Shown: positions 20,555 to 29,822 of the stretch, piece after piece
How the letters are laid out: every line of letters begins with the position of its first letter
Position numbering within the stretch: position 1 is the stretch's first letter
Origin: an archaeon
GTDB lineage: Archaea > EX4484-52 > WAPT01
Reading direction: 5' to 3'
Assembly: GCA_029258795.1 (NCBI GenBank)
Contig: JAPDKB010000007.1
Span: 128,001-192,000, forward strand
Length of the DNA stretch: 64,000 nt
Program-made: the position numbers and the translations under genes
Notes under the pieces: generated by a model
Told to the model about the DNA's origin: nothing
Databases searched by the model: none
What the model saw: the letters and a program-made list of their open reading frames with translations, nothing else

Positions 20555-21788
20555 TTCTTCTCACCCCCTCAACCATCCTGCCAGAGAGCTCTCCTGCCAT
20601 CTTGCTGGCTAAAGTGCTGAGGTCTGTGCTGATCTCGTGCCGTGCCTCTGACCTGTCCGTGCCGTTCATTGCCGGCAGATAGACCTGCAGCGCCACCTCA
20701 GCTGCATCGCACCCGAGCTTTTTGATGTAGTGCGTTCCTGCTGCAGCGTGCAGGAGGCGCGGGTCAATGCTGCCATCATATATGGAAAAGTCCGCTATTG
20801 GTAGTTTTGGTATTGAAAGCTCGCGCTCCATCACTTTCTGGAGTTTTAACGCTGGATCCGGCTGGAATTTTCCATCAGGAAGGCCGTTCCTCACAAGGTA
20901 AATGGCTTGCGGATTGTAAGACAGCATGCTCAGTATCAGGTAGTTGTAGGACTCGTGTGCTGTGATGTGCGGGCTCATTTCCTTCAGCTCAGCTGCGCTG
21001 ATGCTCTCTCCTTTTCTTCTGGCTGGAGATGCCGTTCTTTCCTCAGCGTCGATGATGTAGAGTTCCGCTCTTCCATCATCTTTTGGAATCCACACTCCCT
21101 TGACGTATGGCTTCTTTCCGTCCTCCACATCATCGAGGAGATGTGCTGCTATGCTCCTGTAAACTGGAGCGATACATCCTTTATGTAGCTTGCTGGATGA
21201 GATTTTCCGATGGAGGGAAGGTAGGGTGTCGTTTTGTCCGAGCTCAAGCTCGAAATATTCTTCCAGCATCTCTTTCTTTCCTTTGTTCAGATTCAAGCGG
21301 TGCGATTCCAGCGTGTGCATGTCCTTCATTGGAGCGACGGTCACCTTGCTCAGCTCTGCCATGCTGCCATTCTTGCTCTCATTCACCATCAGCACCTCGG
21401 CATAACATCTCTTCTCAAGATTTTTGCTGTGCATGACGTCAACGGGCAAGGATGGCGCGCTGGTAGTATAGCTGGAAGTGATGCCTCCCTTTCCCAAATA
21501 TTTTCCGATCGCATCAGCCAAGTTCAGCAGCACCTCATGCTCCAGCTTGCGCGTTGGCAGCTGTCTGCCGAAGAGCAACGTGATGTCGGCGCTGCTATCA
21601 ACCACACCATGTCTGTACAGCTCATCCTGAATATCGCTGAAAGTCAACGATGTGTTGCAGCACTTGTTTAGCCATGAATCCACCACCCTTTTAATTTCAT
21701 AACTGCTGAACTTTTTCTTCTGCACGGCTTTTTCCATCTCTTTGAGGTTTGTGATGTACCTCACTGCACTTTCACCTCCCAATTCCAT
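20544..21788 (-). CDS. Uncharacterised protein, overlapping the M28 peptidase gene
   Basis: About 414-aa ORF after a GGAGGTG RBS; 11-nt overlap with the downstream gene. Confidence 0.75.
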   Translation of the reverse strand: MELGGESAVRYITNLKEMEKAVQKKKFSSYEIKRVVDSWLNKCCNTSLTFSDIQDELYRHGVVDSSADITLLFGRQLPTRKLEHEVLLNLADAIGKYLGKGGITSSYTTSAPSLPVDVMHSKNLEKRCYAEVLMVNESKNGSMAELSKVTVAPMKDMHTLESHRLNLNKGKKEMLEEYFELELGQNDTLPSLHRKISSSKLHKGCIAPVYRSIAAHLLDDVEDGKKPYVKGVWIPKDDGRAELYIIDAEERTASPARRKGESISAAELKEMSPHITAHESYNYLILSMLSYNPQAIYLVRNGLPDGKFQPDPALKLQKVMERELSIPKLPIADFSIYDGSIDPRLLHAAAGTHYIKKLGCDAAEVALQVYLPAMNGTDRSEARHEISTDLSTLASKMAGELSGRMVEGVRRNED

Positions 21789-21940
21789 CACCTCCTTTTT
21801 TTGGTTTTGTGGAGAAGGATGAGCGAGGAGTTTTTGCAAGAAATTGTCAATATCATGCAAGAACTAATATCGATAGATGTGAGTAAGGGCATCAAGTGCT
21901 CGGCAGAATCCACCTTCGCTTCACTTCCGCAACACTCCAC

Positions 21941-22242
21941 CCGAGGCGAGGGGCTTTGGGGCGGAAAAGGAAAAACATCATGCAGGGATTATTTCCCCGC
22001 CCCTCGCCCCGGAAGCTTTAGCATAAAACCAAAAGCCAAAGCCATAGAAAAAGTCGAATCGATAAAAGAGCTCCAGCTTTGCTCTTTCAAGCTTCTCGCA
22101 AGCAGGAGATGCCGCAGTAATACTAGCAATGCTACCATCTCTTTTTGTACGGCACATGTTTGTGCTCAACTGGTGCGGCATCTCCCATCACGCGGGTAAG
22201 CTATGGTGACAGGGTGAATTGATGTTGCGAGAAGTATATAAA
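21941..22242 (-). promoter_or_regulatory. Promoter plus long structured 5' leader (several hairpins, uORF)
   Basis: TTTATATA at 22242-22235; 12-bp perfect IR 22105-22116/22174-22185; 14-bp GC stem 21941-21954/21999-22012; 7-bp IR 22065-22071/22081-22087. Confidence 0.55.
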
Positions 22243-22348
22243 TGTTTCGCTGGTGCCAATGCGATATACTCCCTGCGAGATTTGGACCCGGAGTTTATTT
22301 GAAACTGTCCGAAACCCTTATAAAAATGTATCGCGTGTCTTTCTTCTC

Positions 22349-23110
22349 ATGATAGATGTGCACTGTCATCTCGAGCAGAAGGATTACGATAACGATCTGG
22401 ATGATGTGATAAGAAGGGCAAAAGAAGCTGGTTTGAAAGCCATCATAACGTGTTGCGCAAATCCAGCTGATCTCGACAAGAGTGTGGAGATTGTGGAAAG
22501 GTATAGAGGTTTCGTGTTTCTCAGCGCTTCCCTCCACCCGATTCACGTGCCGGACTACAGCGATGAGGAAGCGGAAGCATTCATGAAAAAGCTTGAAAGC
22601 CTGAAGGACATACTTGTTGGGATTGGTGAAACGGGACTTGATTATTTCTGGGTGAAGGATGAGAAAGAGAGAGAAAGGCAGAAAGAAGTGTTCCGGATGC
22701 ACATAGAGCTTGCAAGAAAGCTGAAGCTCCCGCTTGTTGTGCACAGCAGGGAAAGCCATGATGATGTCGTGTCCATTCTGGACGAGTACAACTATAATAG
22801 AGTGCTGTGGCATTTCTTCGGAGTGAAGGACAGGGTGGAGTGGCTGGTTGAGCACAACTACAGGGCTTCTTTCAACACCCTGCTGTTCAGGAGCAAGACA
22901 CACAAGAAGATCGTGAAACGCTTGCCGATCGAGCTCATTTTGCTTGAGACGGATGCGCCATGGCTCGGGTTTGGAAAGAGGAACGAGCCGTCAGCCATAG
23001 TTAGAGTGGCTGAGAGAATAGCCGAAGTGAGGAAAATGAATTTTGAGGAAGTATGGGAGACGTGCGGGAGGAATGCTGCGGAGTTTTTCGGGTTGAAAAT
23101 CAAGATTTGA
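22349..23110 (+). CDS. tatD: TatD-family nuclease
   Basis: IDVHCHL, LHP, IGETGLDY, VVHSRE, ETDAP. Confidence 0.95.
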   Translation: MIDVHCHLEQKDYDNDLDDVIRRAKEAGLKAIITCCANPADLDKSVEIVERYRGFVFLSASLHPIHVPDYSDEEAEAFMKKLESLKDILVGIGETGLDYFWVKDEKERERQKEVFRMHIELARKLKLPLVVHSRESHDDVVSILDEYNYNRVLWHFFGVKDRVEWLVEHNYRASFNTLLFRSKTHKKIVKRLPIELILLETDAPWLGFGKRNEPSAIVRVAERIAEVRKMNFEEVWETCGRNAAEFFGLKIKI

Positions 23111-23140
23111 GATGGCTGGCTTGTGAGGAAACTTTTTCTG

Positions 23141-23971
23141 TCAACCTGCCAGCAGCCATCCCGCGACTATGGATAGCACAGCTGCCGTGCCCTTCATGGG
23201 AGTGATCCTCTCTCCGCAAACGGCAACAGCAAGAAAAGCGCTGACAACAAATCCCAAGCTGATGATCGGGAAGACTATGGCGGCTTCCACGTGCTCAAGA
23301 GCGAGCATTGCCGAGAGGAAGGCGATGAAGTGCACAGCTCCCGTCACCACACCATACTTCATTTCTTTTCCGGATTGTCCCGTGTTCTTTCCAGAGCTTT
23401 TCGAAAGTGCAAAAGAACCGGTGGCGTTTGTTAAAAATGCCAAGCTCACAAAGAGAAGCACATTTCCTGACATGGCTCCGAGCTTGGCCGCGAAGCTGGA
23501 AATTGCGGTGAGAAACGCTGCCACAAAAGCGAGCAAAACTGAACGGGTTATCATGCTACCATGATTGTTCTCGGCCGAGATGATCATCACAACCAGAAAT
23601 GAAAGCATCACACCCAAAAGCTGACCATAACTCAAGCTTTCGTTGAGCAACAGCAAACCCATAATGGCCGTCAGCGTGTAATGTGTCCTTATGATCGGCT
23701 GGGTAAAAATGAGCCCCTTCTCCCCAAACAGTTTGAGTTTGATGAAGTCAGCCACAAGCTTGGTTAGAGCTGAGAATACAGCAAGTAACGCGACAGCTCT
23801 CTGGAACGTAATCTCGTGAGTTGAAAGCAGGAGAGTTAGGCCAAGCAGCGCAGCTGTCAGGTAGGAGAAGAATAGATATCTTGCCCTGTTCACTCCTGCT
23901 CTGGATGCCATGAGATAGATAAAGTTGTGAAGTCCGAAGAACAGCATGGATAGGAATGCGACATAGATCAT
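23141..23971 (-). CDS. DMT/EamA-family transporter
   Basis: About 10 TM helices in a duplicated arrangement; L..E.LS...LG and GERIT. Confidence 0.85.
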   Translation of the reverse strand: MIYVAFLSMLFFGLHNFIYLMASRAGVNRARYLFFSYLTAALLGLTLLLSTHEITFQRAVALLAVFSALTKLVADFIKLKLFGEKGLIFTQPIIRTHYTLTAIMGLLLLNESLSYGQLLGVMLSFLVVMIISAENNHGSMITRSVLLAFVAAFLTAISSFAAKLGAMSGNVLLFVSLAFLTNATGSFALSKSSGKNTGQSGKEMKYGVVTGAVHFIAFLSAMLALEHVEAAIVFPIISLGFVVSAFLAVAVCGERITPMKGTAAVLSIVAGWLLAG

Positions 23972-24024
23972 AGTTCCCATTTCGCGCAACTCATTATATA
24001 AATGTTCCGTGCCATCCAACATAC

Positions 24025-24567
24025 ATGGGGTTAGATGAGCTTGTTGACATTGTTGATGAAAACGATAACGTGATTGGTAAAGCCACAAGAAGGGAAGTGC
24101 ATGAAAGGGGGCTGTGGCACAGGGGTGTGCACCTCCTTCTCTACAGAAGTGATGGCAGGATGGTCTTGCAGAGGAGAAGCTTGAAAAAGAAGCATGCTCC
24201 GGGCAAGCTTGATTGTGCCGTCTCAGAGCACGTGCTCGCGGGTGAGAGCTACGATGTGGCTGTCGTGAGAGGGATTGAAGAGGAGCTTGGCATAGACGCG
24301 AGCAAGCTCAGCCTGAAGCCACTGTTCAAGCACGGGCTTGACTATGGCGATAACGATTTCATGATCGCGGTGGTTTATCAGGGAGTGTGGGACCACAATT
24401 TTAACCTCCATCCCGATGAGGTGGAGGAAGTCGTGGTTATGAGTGTAGATGAAGTGAAGGAACTTCTTCTGAACAATCCATCCGAGTTCTCACGATGGAC
24501 GGAACAAATCTTAAGGCACGTGTTTGGCATGGCATCGGAGCTGGAGGTGCTGGAAAGCTACCGTTGA
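24025..24567 (+). CDS. Nudix hydrolase, IDI1/YfcD-like
   Basis: VDENDNVIG..R..VH..GLWHR, QRRS..K...PG, GES......R..EEELGI. Confidence 0.85.
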   Translation: MGLDELVDIVDENDNVIGKATRREVHERGLWHRGVHLLLYRSDGRMVLQRRSLKKKHAPGKLDCAVSEHVLAGESYDVAVVRGIEEELGIDASKLSLKPLFKHGLDYGDNDFMIAVVYQGVWDHNFNLHPDEVEEVVVMSVDEVKELLLNNPSEFSRWTEQILRHVFGMASELEVLESYR

Positions 24568-24572
24568 AATGC

Positions 24573-25106
24573 TCATGAGCGGATTATCCTGTAATTCAGA
24601 TCAGCAATACTGTTGAGTTCTTTCTCCAGTTCCTTGAGCTCTTCATGTATCTTGCTGTAGTTTTTGTTCTCGGGCAATATCAAGGTGTATGATTCAAGCT
24701 GAACTCCCCCTCCCCTGAATTTCAGGTTTAGAAGTTTGTAATCCACCTCGCCAGAATTCCGCTCAGCAAAATTGGAGAGAATCAATAGTGGCTTGTCCTT
24801 AACCACGCATTCGAGAAATGTTCTTTTCGCCCAGTAATCTCCTTCAACTCCGTATTTCCAGCTCTCAATAACGCCGTACTCCTGCTTTTCCCGAATTCTC
24901 TCGTCCAGTTTATCCCGGTTGAAGGAGCATGGCAGATAAACTCTGGCTCGGTGTGCACCACCTTCCTCTTCTTCAGCCCTTATCGTTATTCCATTCACCG
25001 TTCCATGCCTTGTATCTGGAAAAAACCCATCCCTAAAAATTTCGGTCCAGCAACCTTCATGAGACAATGTGAAATTCACAACCATCATACCATTTTCATC
25101 ACTCAC
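24573..25106 (-). CDS. Hypothetical protein resembling the sensor domain of Bat/HTH_10-type regulators
   Basis: N-terminal LSHEGCW motif; no C-terminal HTH. Confidence 0.5.
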   Translation of the reverse strand: MSDENGMMVVNFTLSHEGCWTEIFRDGFFPDTRHGTVNGITIRAEEEEGGAHRARVYLPCSFNRDKLDERIREKQEYGVIESWKYGVEGDYWAKRTFLECVVKDKPLLILSNFAERNSGEVDYKLLNLKFRGGGVQLESYTLILPENKNYSKIHEELKELEKELNSIADLNYRIIRS

Positions 25107-25238
25107 ATGACATCACCCTGAAGAAAAATAAATGATGGAATATTTTTATTTGGATGCGATTTCTCTCAACAATCGCATGCACAAACATATATAAAAGTCC
25201 CGCATAATAAACTATTTTACAACGGGGTGCTGTGAGCC

Positions 25239-26396
25239 ATGAGCATAAACAACACCGACCCTTACGAATATGAGGAATCAAGCTCCAACGTCAGAATAAG
25301 GTCTTTAACGCTGGAAGAGGAGAACGAGCTGTTGCGTGACTCATTGCGAGAGTTGCAGGCAGAGCTGGAAAAGTTCAGAAAGCCACCGCTCGTTGTTTCA
25401 ACCGTGGTGGACATCATAGCTCCGGATAAGGTTGTTGTACGCCTCAACAGCGGGGACTTCTGCGTAAACGTGGCAAGAGATTTGGTTGGTAAGCTCGAGC
25501 CGGATGACCGCGTGCTTCTCGAGCAGCGCTCACTTACCGTGCTTGAGAAGGTTGGCAAATCCAAATACTTTGACGTTACGAAGTTCGTGATAGTGGAGAA
25601 GCCGAAGGTAAGCTGGAATGATATAGGCGGGCTGGAGGAGCAGATAAGAGAGCTGAGAGAGGTTATAGAGCTTCCCCTCACCAAGCCAGAGGTGTTCAAG
25701 AAGGTAGGTATCACTCCACCGAAAGGAGTTTTGCTTTATGGTCCGCCGGGCACGGGTAAAACCCTGCTTGCTAAAGCTGTAGCTGCCAACAGCAACGCCA
25801 CATTCATAGAGGTGGTTGGCTCCGAGCTGGTGCAGAAGTTTATAGGGGAAGGGGCAAAGTTCGTCAAGTCCATATTCCAGCTTGCGAGGGAGAAGGCGCC
25901 ATCCATAGTTTTCATAGATGAGCTTGATTCAATAGCAGCGAAGCGAATAGAAGTTGGCACATCTGGCGAGAGGGAAGTGCAGAGAACTTTCATGCAGCTC
26001 CTTGCCGAGATAGATGGCTTCAAGCCGTTGGGCAATGTGAAGGTGATAGGCGCAACCAACAGGCTGGACATTCTTGATCCCGCAATCCTCAGGCCGGGCA
26101 GGCTGGACAGGTTGATTCACGTGCCCAAGCCGGATTTCAACGGAAGAATCGAGATTTTCAGGATACACACGAGAAAGATGAATCTGGCTGCTGACGTTTC
26201 GTTTGAAAAACTTGCTCAGCTGACAGACGGAATGACCGGAGCGGACATAAAAGCAATAAGTACGGAAGCCGGTTATTTTGCAATAAGGGATGGGAGAACG
26301 AAAGTCACCATGGAGGATTTTGAGAACGCGATAGAAAAGGTTAAGAAGAAGCTGAAAAAGGACAGAAGGCAGGAGCACACCTGGATGTACAGCTGA
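25239..26396 (+). CDS. pan: Proteasome-activating nucleotidase
   Basis: Coiled coil + OB, GPPGTGKT, DELD, SGEREVQRT, RPGRLDR, C-terminal HbYX (MYS). Confidence 0.96.
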   Translation: MSINNTDPYEYEESSSNVRIRSLTLEEENELLRDSLRELQAELEKFRKPPLVVSTVVDIIAPDKVVVRLNSGDFCVNVARDLVGKLEPDDRVLLEQRSLTVLEKVGKSKYFDVTKFVIVEKPKVSWNDIGGLEEQIRELREVIELPLTKPEVFKKVGITPPKGVLLYGPPGTGKTLLAKAVAANSNATFIEVVGSELVQKFIGEGAKFVKSIFQLAREKAPSIVFIDELDSIAAKRIEVGTSGEREVQRTFMQLLAEIDGFKPLGNVKVIGATNRLDILDPAILRPGRLDRLIHVPKPDFNGRIEIFRIHTRKMNLAADVSFEKLAQLTDGMTGADIKAISTEAGYFAIRDGRTKVTMEDFENAIEKVKKKLKKDRRQEHTWMYS

Positions 26397-26597
26397 AGAG
26401 TTTTTTTACCCTGTTTCTCTTTCCCCGATGTATTTGAAATCTCTATTGATAAACTGTACCTTTGACATTTGCCGTGGGTGGGCAATGACGAGTCAAGACG
26501 GGGATGTAATGAACTTATATAGTATAAGGGGATTCCTGCCACTCTCGATAACAAGAAAGTGAATTTAATCTTTCATTAATTGCTATTCGATAATCCT

Positions 26598-27941
26598 TTA
26601 TCCCCAAGCCAAAACTTCATAAATTTGCATCTCGCAACTGTATCCACTTCCTGCAACAAATCTCACGTATCGAAAAGTTCTGCTGCCGAAATTGTACTTG
26701 CCAACTTCATACTTACAATTATTACTTCCTAGAGTGGCTAATCTATACCAGTGTGAACCATCTGAACTTATCTCCACGTGCCCATAACACCACTTGCTAG
26801 TACTACATACTCCTGATTTTACGGCAAATTTTACATCCAGTTGCGCGGTAATCACGCTTCCAGCATCAACCTTCAATACTTCTCCACTTCGATCTGGATC
26901 GTAATAATAACCGTAACCAACACTCCAGCAAGTGGATAAGGAAGCATCAACAACCCTTTTTGGTTGGTTTACATGTCCTGTACACCCCATATCTGCACTG
27001 AAGCCACCCCACCAACTGGTTTTGGCTGTAACTTGTGCGTTATAAAGAAGATTATTTGATAATGGGTATGACTCCGCACATCCCGGAAGATTAACATATA
27101 CTTTACCCGTGTCTAAATCGGTGGCATAGCATATTTTGGGAAAACTTTGAAGTACATCATCACCTACTCCTCCACTCGGCCAGCTTGATCTGCAGTCGCC
27201 ATTTATGCATACTTGTCCGTTGAGCAATATTTTCCCGCCATCTTTTGGGGTGATGTCTATGTCCATTGTTCTGGACCTTAACGTTATGTATCCCGTATGA
27301 CTTTGAGGAACTATCCCAAAATCGTAATCAGGTGTGGCTGTGGATCCAACATAAATATGGAATCCAGCATGATCAGCATTTCCGAGGTTTAGAAATCCTC
27401 CATTAATTGTTAAACTTCCGCTCATCGTATCTCCACCTGCGTTCACAAATCTCGAATCGCAAGCTGAACAGCTAGAGATCCCACCTGAGCCTGCGTTATC
27501 CACTCCACAAATCCATTTATCTCCGCTCCATTTGAGCACCTGCCCATCAGAACATGATGTTATCCCCGTTCCTCCTTTGGATGGTTGGAGCACCCCCTGT
27601 AGGGAGTTCAAGTTGTGAGTATGAGTGGCAGAAGCGAAAGCACTGGCATCCTTTCCATCCAGCTTGTCAGCATTCAATGCATAATCGGCCTGAGATGCCT
27701 CCGCAACCTTACCTTCTATCAAACTTGCGTTTATTTTTCCGCTTGTGGTTGCTAAAGGTACATATTCTCCAGATATTTGAGTATAGATATCTTTCAGAAG
27801 GTGATAAGCAGGGCTTCTTTGCATAACTTCGTGCTGGGTTAATGCTTTCACATAAGGTGCAGAAATGACTCCAATAAGGAGTAGAAGGAGGCCCGCTATA
27901 ACAAGAGCATGTTTCTTTTCGATGTTTATAACAATCTGCAT
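26598..27941 (-). CDS. Membrane-anchored/secreted fibre-like protein with a C-terminal jelly-roll-like domain
   Basis: N-terminal TM; NADKLDG, HTH, GQVLKWSG.KW.C, GDTMSG.LT, CING.C..SWP motifs. Confidence 0.7.
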   Translation of the reverse strand: MQIVINIEKKHALVIAGLLLLLIGVISAPYVKALTQHEVMQRSPAYHLLKDIYTQISGEYVPLATTSGKINASLIEGKVAEASQADYALNADKLDGKDASAFASATHTHNLNSLQGVLQPSKGGTGITSCSDGQVLKWSGDKWICGVDNAGSGGISSCSACDSRFVNAGGDTMSGSLTINGGFLNLGNADHAGFHIYVGSTATPDYDFGIVPQSHTGYITLRSRTMDIDITPKDGGKILLNGQVCINGDCRSSWPSGGVGDDVLQSFPKICYATDLDTGKVYVNLPGCAESYPLSNNLLYNAQVTAKTSWWGGFSADMGCTGHVNQPKRVVDASLSTCWSVGYGYYYDPDRSGEVLKVDAGSVITAQLDVKFAVKSGVCSTSKWCYGHVEISSDGSHWYRLATLGSNNCKYEVGKYNFGSRTFRYVRFVAGSGYSCEMQIYEVLAWG

Positions 27942-27974
27942 ATAAGAGCTTGTGCATTTAAGAGAATATAAAGG

Positions 27975-29762
27975 TTATCCTACAACCTTCTTCCTGATAC
28001 TCTCCAAATACTCCGCATGCGGAGCCAGCTCCTTCATCCTTTCATTTCTGAGCAGTTCCAGCTGAGCCTCACGCATTCTTTTCAGCTCGGCTCTCATATC
28101 TTTAACTCTTTCCTCGCCCAGCCGTATTATCGTGCTCGCCACCCTGTCTACGGTTATCAGCTTGGGTACGAGCACCAGATCAACACCCGTTTCGTAATAG
28201 TATAAGGCCTCTTCAACATCTTCCGCAAAGCACACTACCCCGACCCGCGGATTAACTCTTTTGGTCGTCACACTGAGAAATGTGTTCGCCTCTCTGTCCG
28301 AAATGGTGGATATAATAAGCTTCGCTTTCTTCACGTTTGCGCTTTCAAGCACCTCGGGATGCATGAGGTCTCCGTAAATAGCGGGCACGTTTTCCTTCAT
28401 GAAGCGCTCAACTATTTCGGGATCAAAATCCACAATTATGAACGGCAGGTTTCGTGTCATCAGCTTTTCCGCGATAAGCCTGCCTGTGAACTTACCACCG
28501 CAGATGATTATGTGGTTCGATAACTTCTCCCTTTTCACCTCCTCCTCGCTCTCGTGAATCATTCTTTTCATGCGGAAAGCTCTATCGTAGAGCACAAGGT
28601 ACCTTTCGAAGATGTTGAAAAGTCTGCCGGCGTGATTTATAGCATATGGGGTGAGGCACATCGTAACGAGAGTGGAGAATATCATCGCCCCAGCAACCCT
28701 GCTCTCCAGAATACCGGCTGTGCTTGCTATGCCTACAAGCACAAGCGTGAATTCCGACATCTGCGCCAGATATGCTGCCGGCAGAAAAGCCACTCTCCTC
28801 TCATAGCCTCTCATGCTAAGAAGCGTGTAGATTGTTGCGGGCTTAACGAGCAGTGTCATGAGCAAGAGCCCCACCACAAGATCAAGCGATCCCACCACAT
28901 CCTTCAAATTGAGCTTCGTGCCGAGGGAGATGAAGAACAGCATGACAAAAAAGTCCCGCAGGGATGAGGCTCTGCTTATTATCTCCGTGCTGTAAGGAAT
29001 GACCGCGATAGCTATGCCAGCAAGAAAAGCTCCTATGGCCAGAGGCAAACCAAGCCTGTAAGTCAGATAAGTCATAATGAAAAGCGTGGAAAGCGATGCC
29101 AAAAAGAGAATCTCCGCATCCTTCGACAGATGCTTGACAACTCGGGTAAAGATCATGTTGTTGAGGAGTGTTGCAAGAATGATCAGCATGGCTGAGTACA
29201 GCACAGATTTTCCAATCACACTCGCGACCGTGTTGTAGTTCTGCTGGGAGAGGAAAGCAAGTATGCCAACAGCAAAAATGTCCTGCAAGAGCAGGATACC
29301 GACACTCAACCTTCCGGGCAGGCTGAGCAGCTGGTTTCTGGCCGATAGATTGCTTACAACCATCATCGTGCTGCTAAAAGCTAATCCAGCTCCGACACAA
29401 AAAGCGGATATGGCATCCAGATGAAGGGTGACCGCAAGGAAATACCCAGCAAAGAAGGACACCAGAATCTGAAGCACACCAGCAAAAAGTATGCTCCTTC
29501 CGACCTTCATCAGCTTTGAGATATCTATCTCCATGCCGGCGATGAAAAGCAAAAAGATAATTCCAAGCTCGGAGAAAGCGGCAAGTAAGCTCTGATCTCT
29601 TAAAATGTTCAGCACTTCCGGTCCGAGCACGTATCCTGCAAGCACGTACCCCAGAAGGGAGGGCTGGCGCATGGCCCTTACAATCAGCATGAAGAGTGTG
29701 GCTGCAAGGATCGAAACTCCAACCTCGTAAAGAGAATAGTAGTCGAAGAGCTGCATTCCCAT
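27975..29762 (-). CDS. CPA2/Kef-type cation:proton antiporter with RCK (TrkA-N) domain
   Basis: ELGIIFLLF, FSST, LLLQD, QMSEF, YGD...L. Confidence 0.92.
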   Translation of the reverse strand: MGMQLFDYYSLYEVGVSILAATLFMLIVRAMRQPSLLGYVLAGYVLGPEVLNILRDQSLLAAFSELGIIFLLFIAGMEIDISKLMKVGRSILFAGVLQILVSFFAGYFLAVTLHLDAISAFCVGAGLAFSSTMMVVSNLSARNQLLSLPGRLSVGILLLQDIFAVGILAFLSQQNYNTVASVIGKSVLYSAMLIILATLLNNMIFTRVVKHLSKDAEILFLASLSTLFIMTYLTYRLGLPLAIGAFLAGIAIAVIPYSTEIISRASSLRDFFVMLFFISLGTKLNLKDVVGSLDLVVGLLLMTLLVKPATIYTLLSMRGYERRVAFLPAAYLAQMSEFTLVLVGIASTAGILESRVAGAMIFSTLVTMCLTPYAINHAGRLFNIFERYLVLYDRAFRMKRMIHESEEEVKREKLSNHIIICGGKFTGRLIAEKLMTRNLPFIIVDFDPEIVERFMKENVPAIYGDLMHPEVLESANVKKAKLIISTISDREANTFLSVTTKRVNPRVGVVCFAEDVEEALYYYETGVDLVLVPKLITVDRVASTIIRLGEERVKDMRAELKRMREAQLELLRNERMKELAPHAEYLESIRKKVVG

Positions 29763-29822
29763 TAAGAAGCATGAGGCTCAACTTCCATATATTTTTTATT
29801 GTTGATTCTCGCTATAAACTTC

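Noticed and set aside
21861-21977. Stop-codon read-through joining the uORF to the downstream ORF (same frame)
   Set aside because: Three stops (TGA, TGA, TAG) intervene and the downstream gene has its own RBS.
26460-26545. Hairpins with ATGACGA between pan and the fibre gene (possible sRNA or riboswitch)
   Set aside because: No D boxes or recognisable aptamer consensus; convergent intergenic location.
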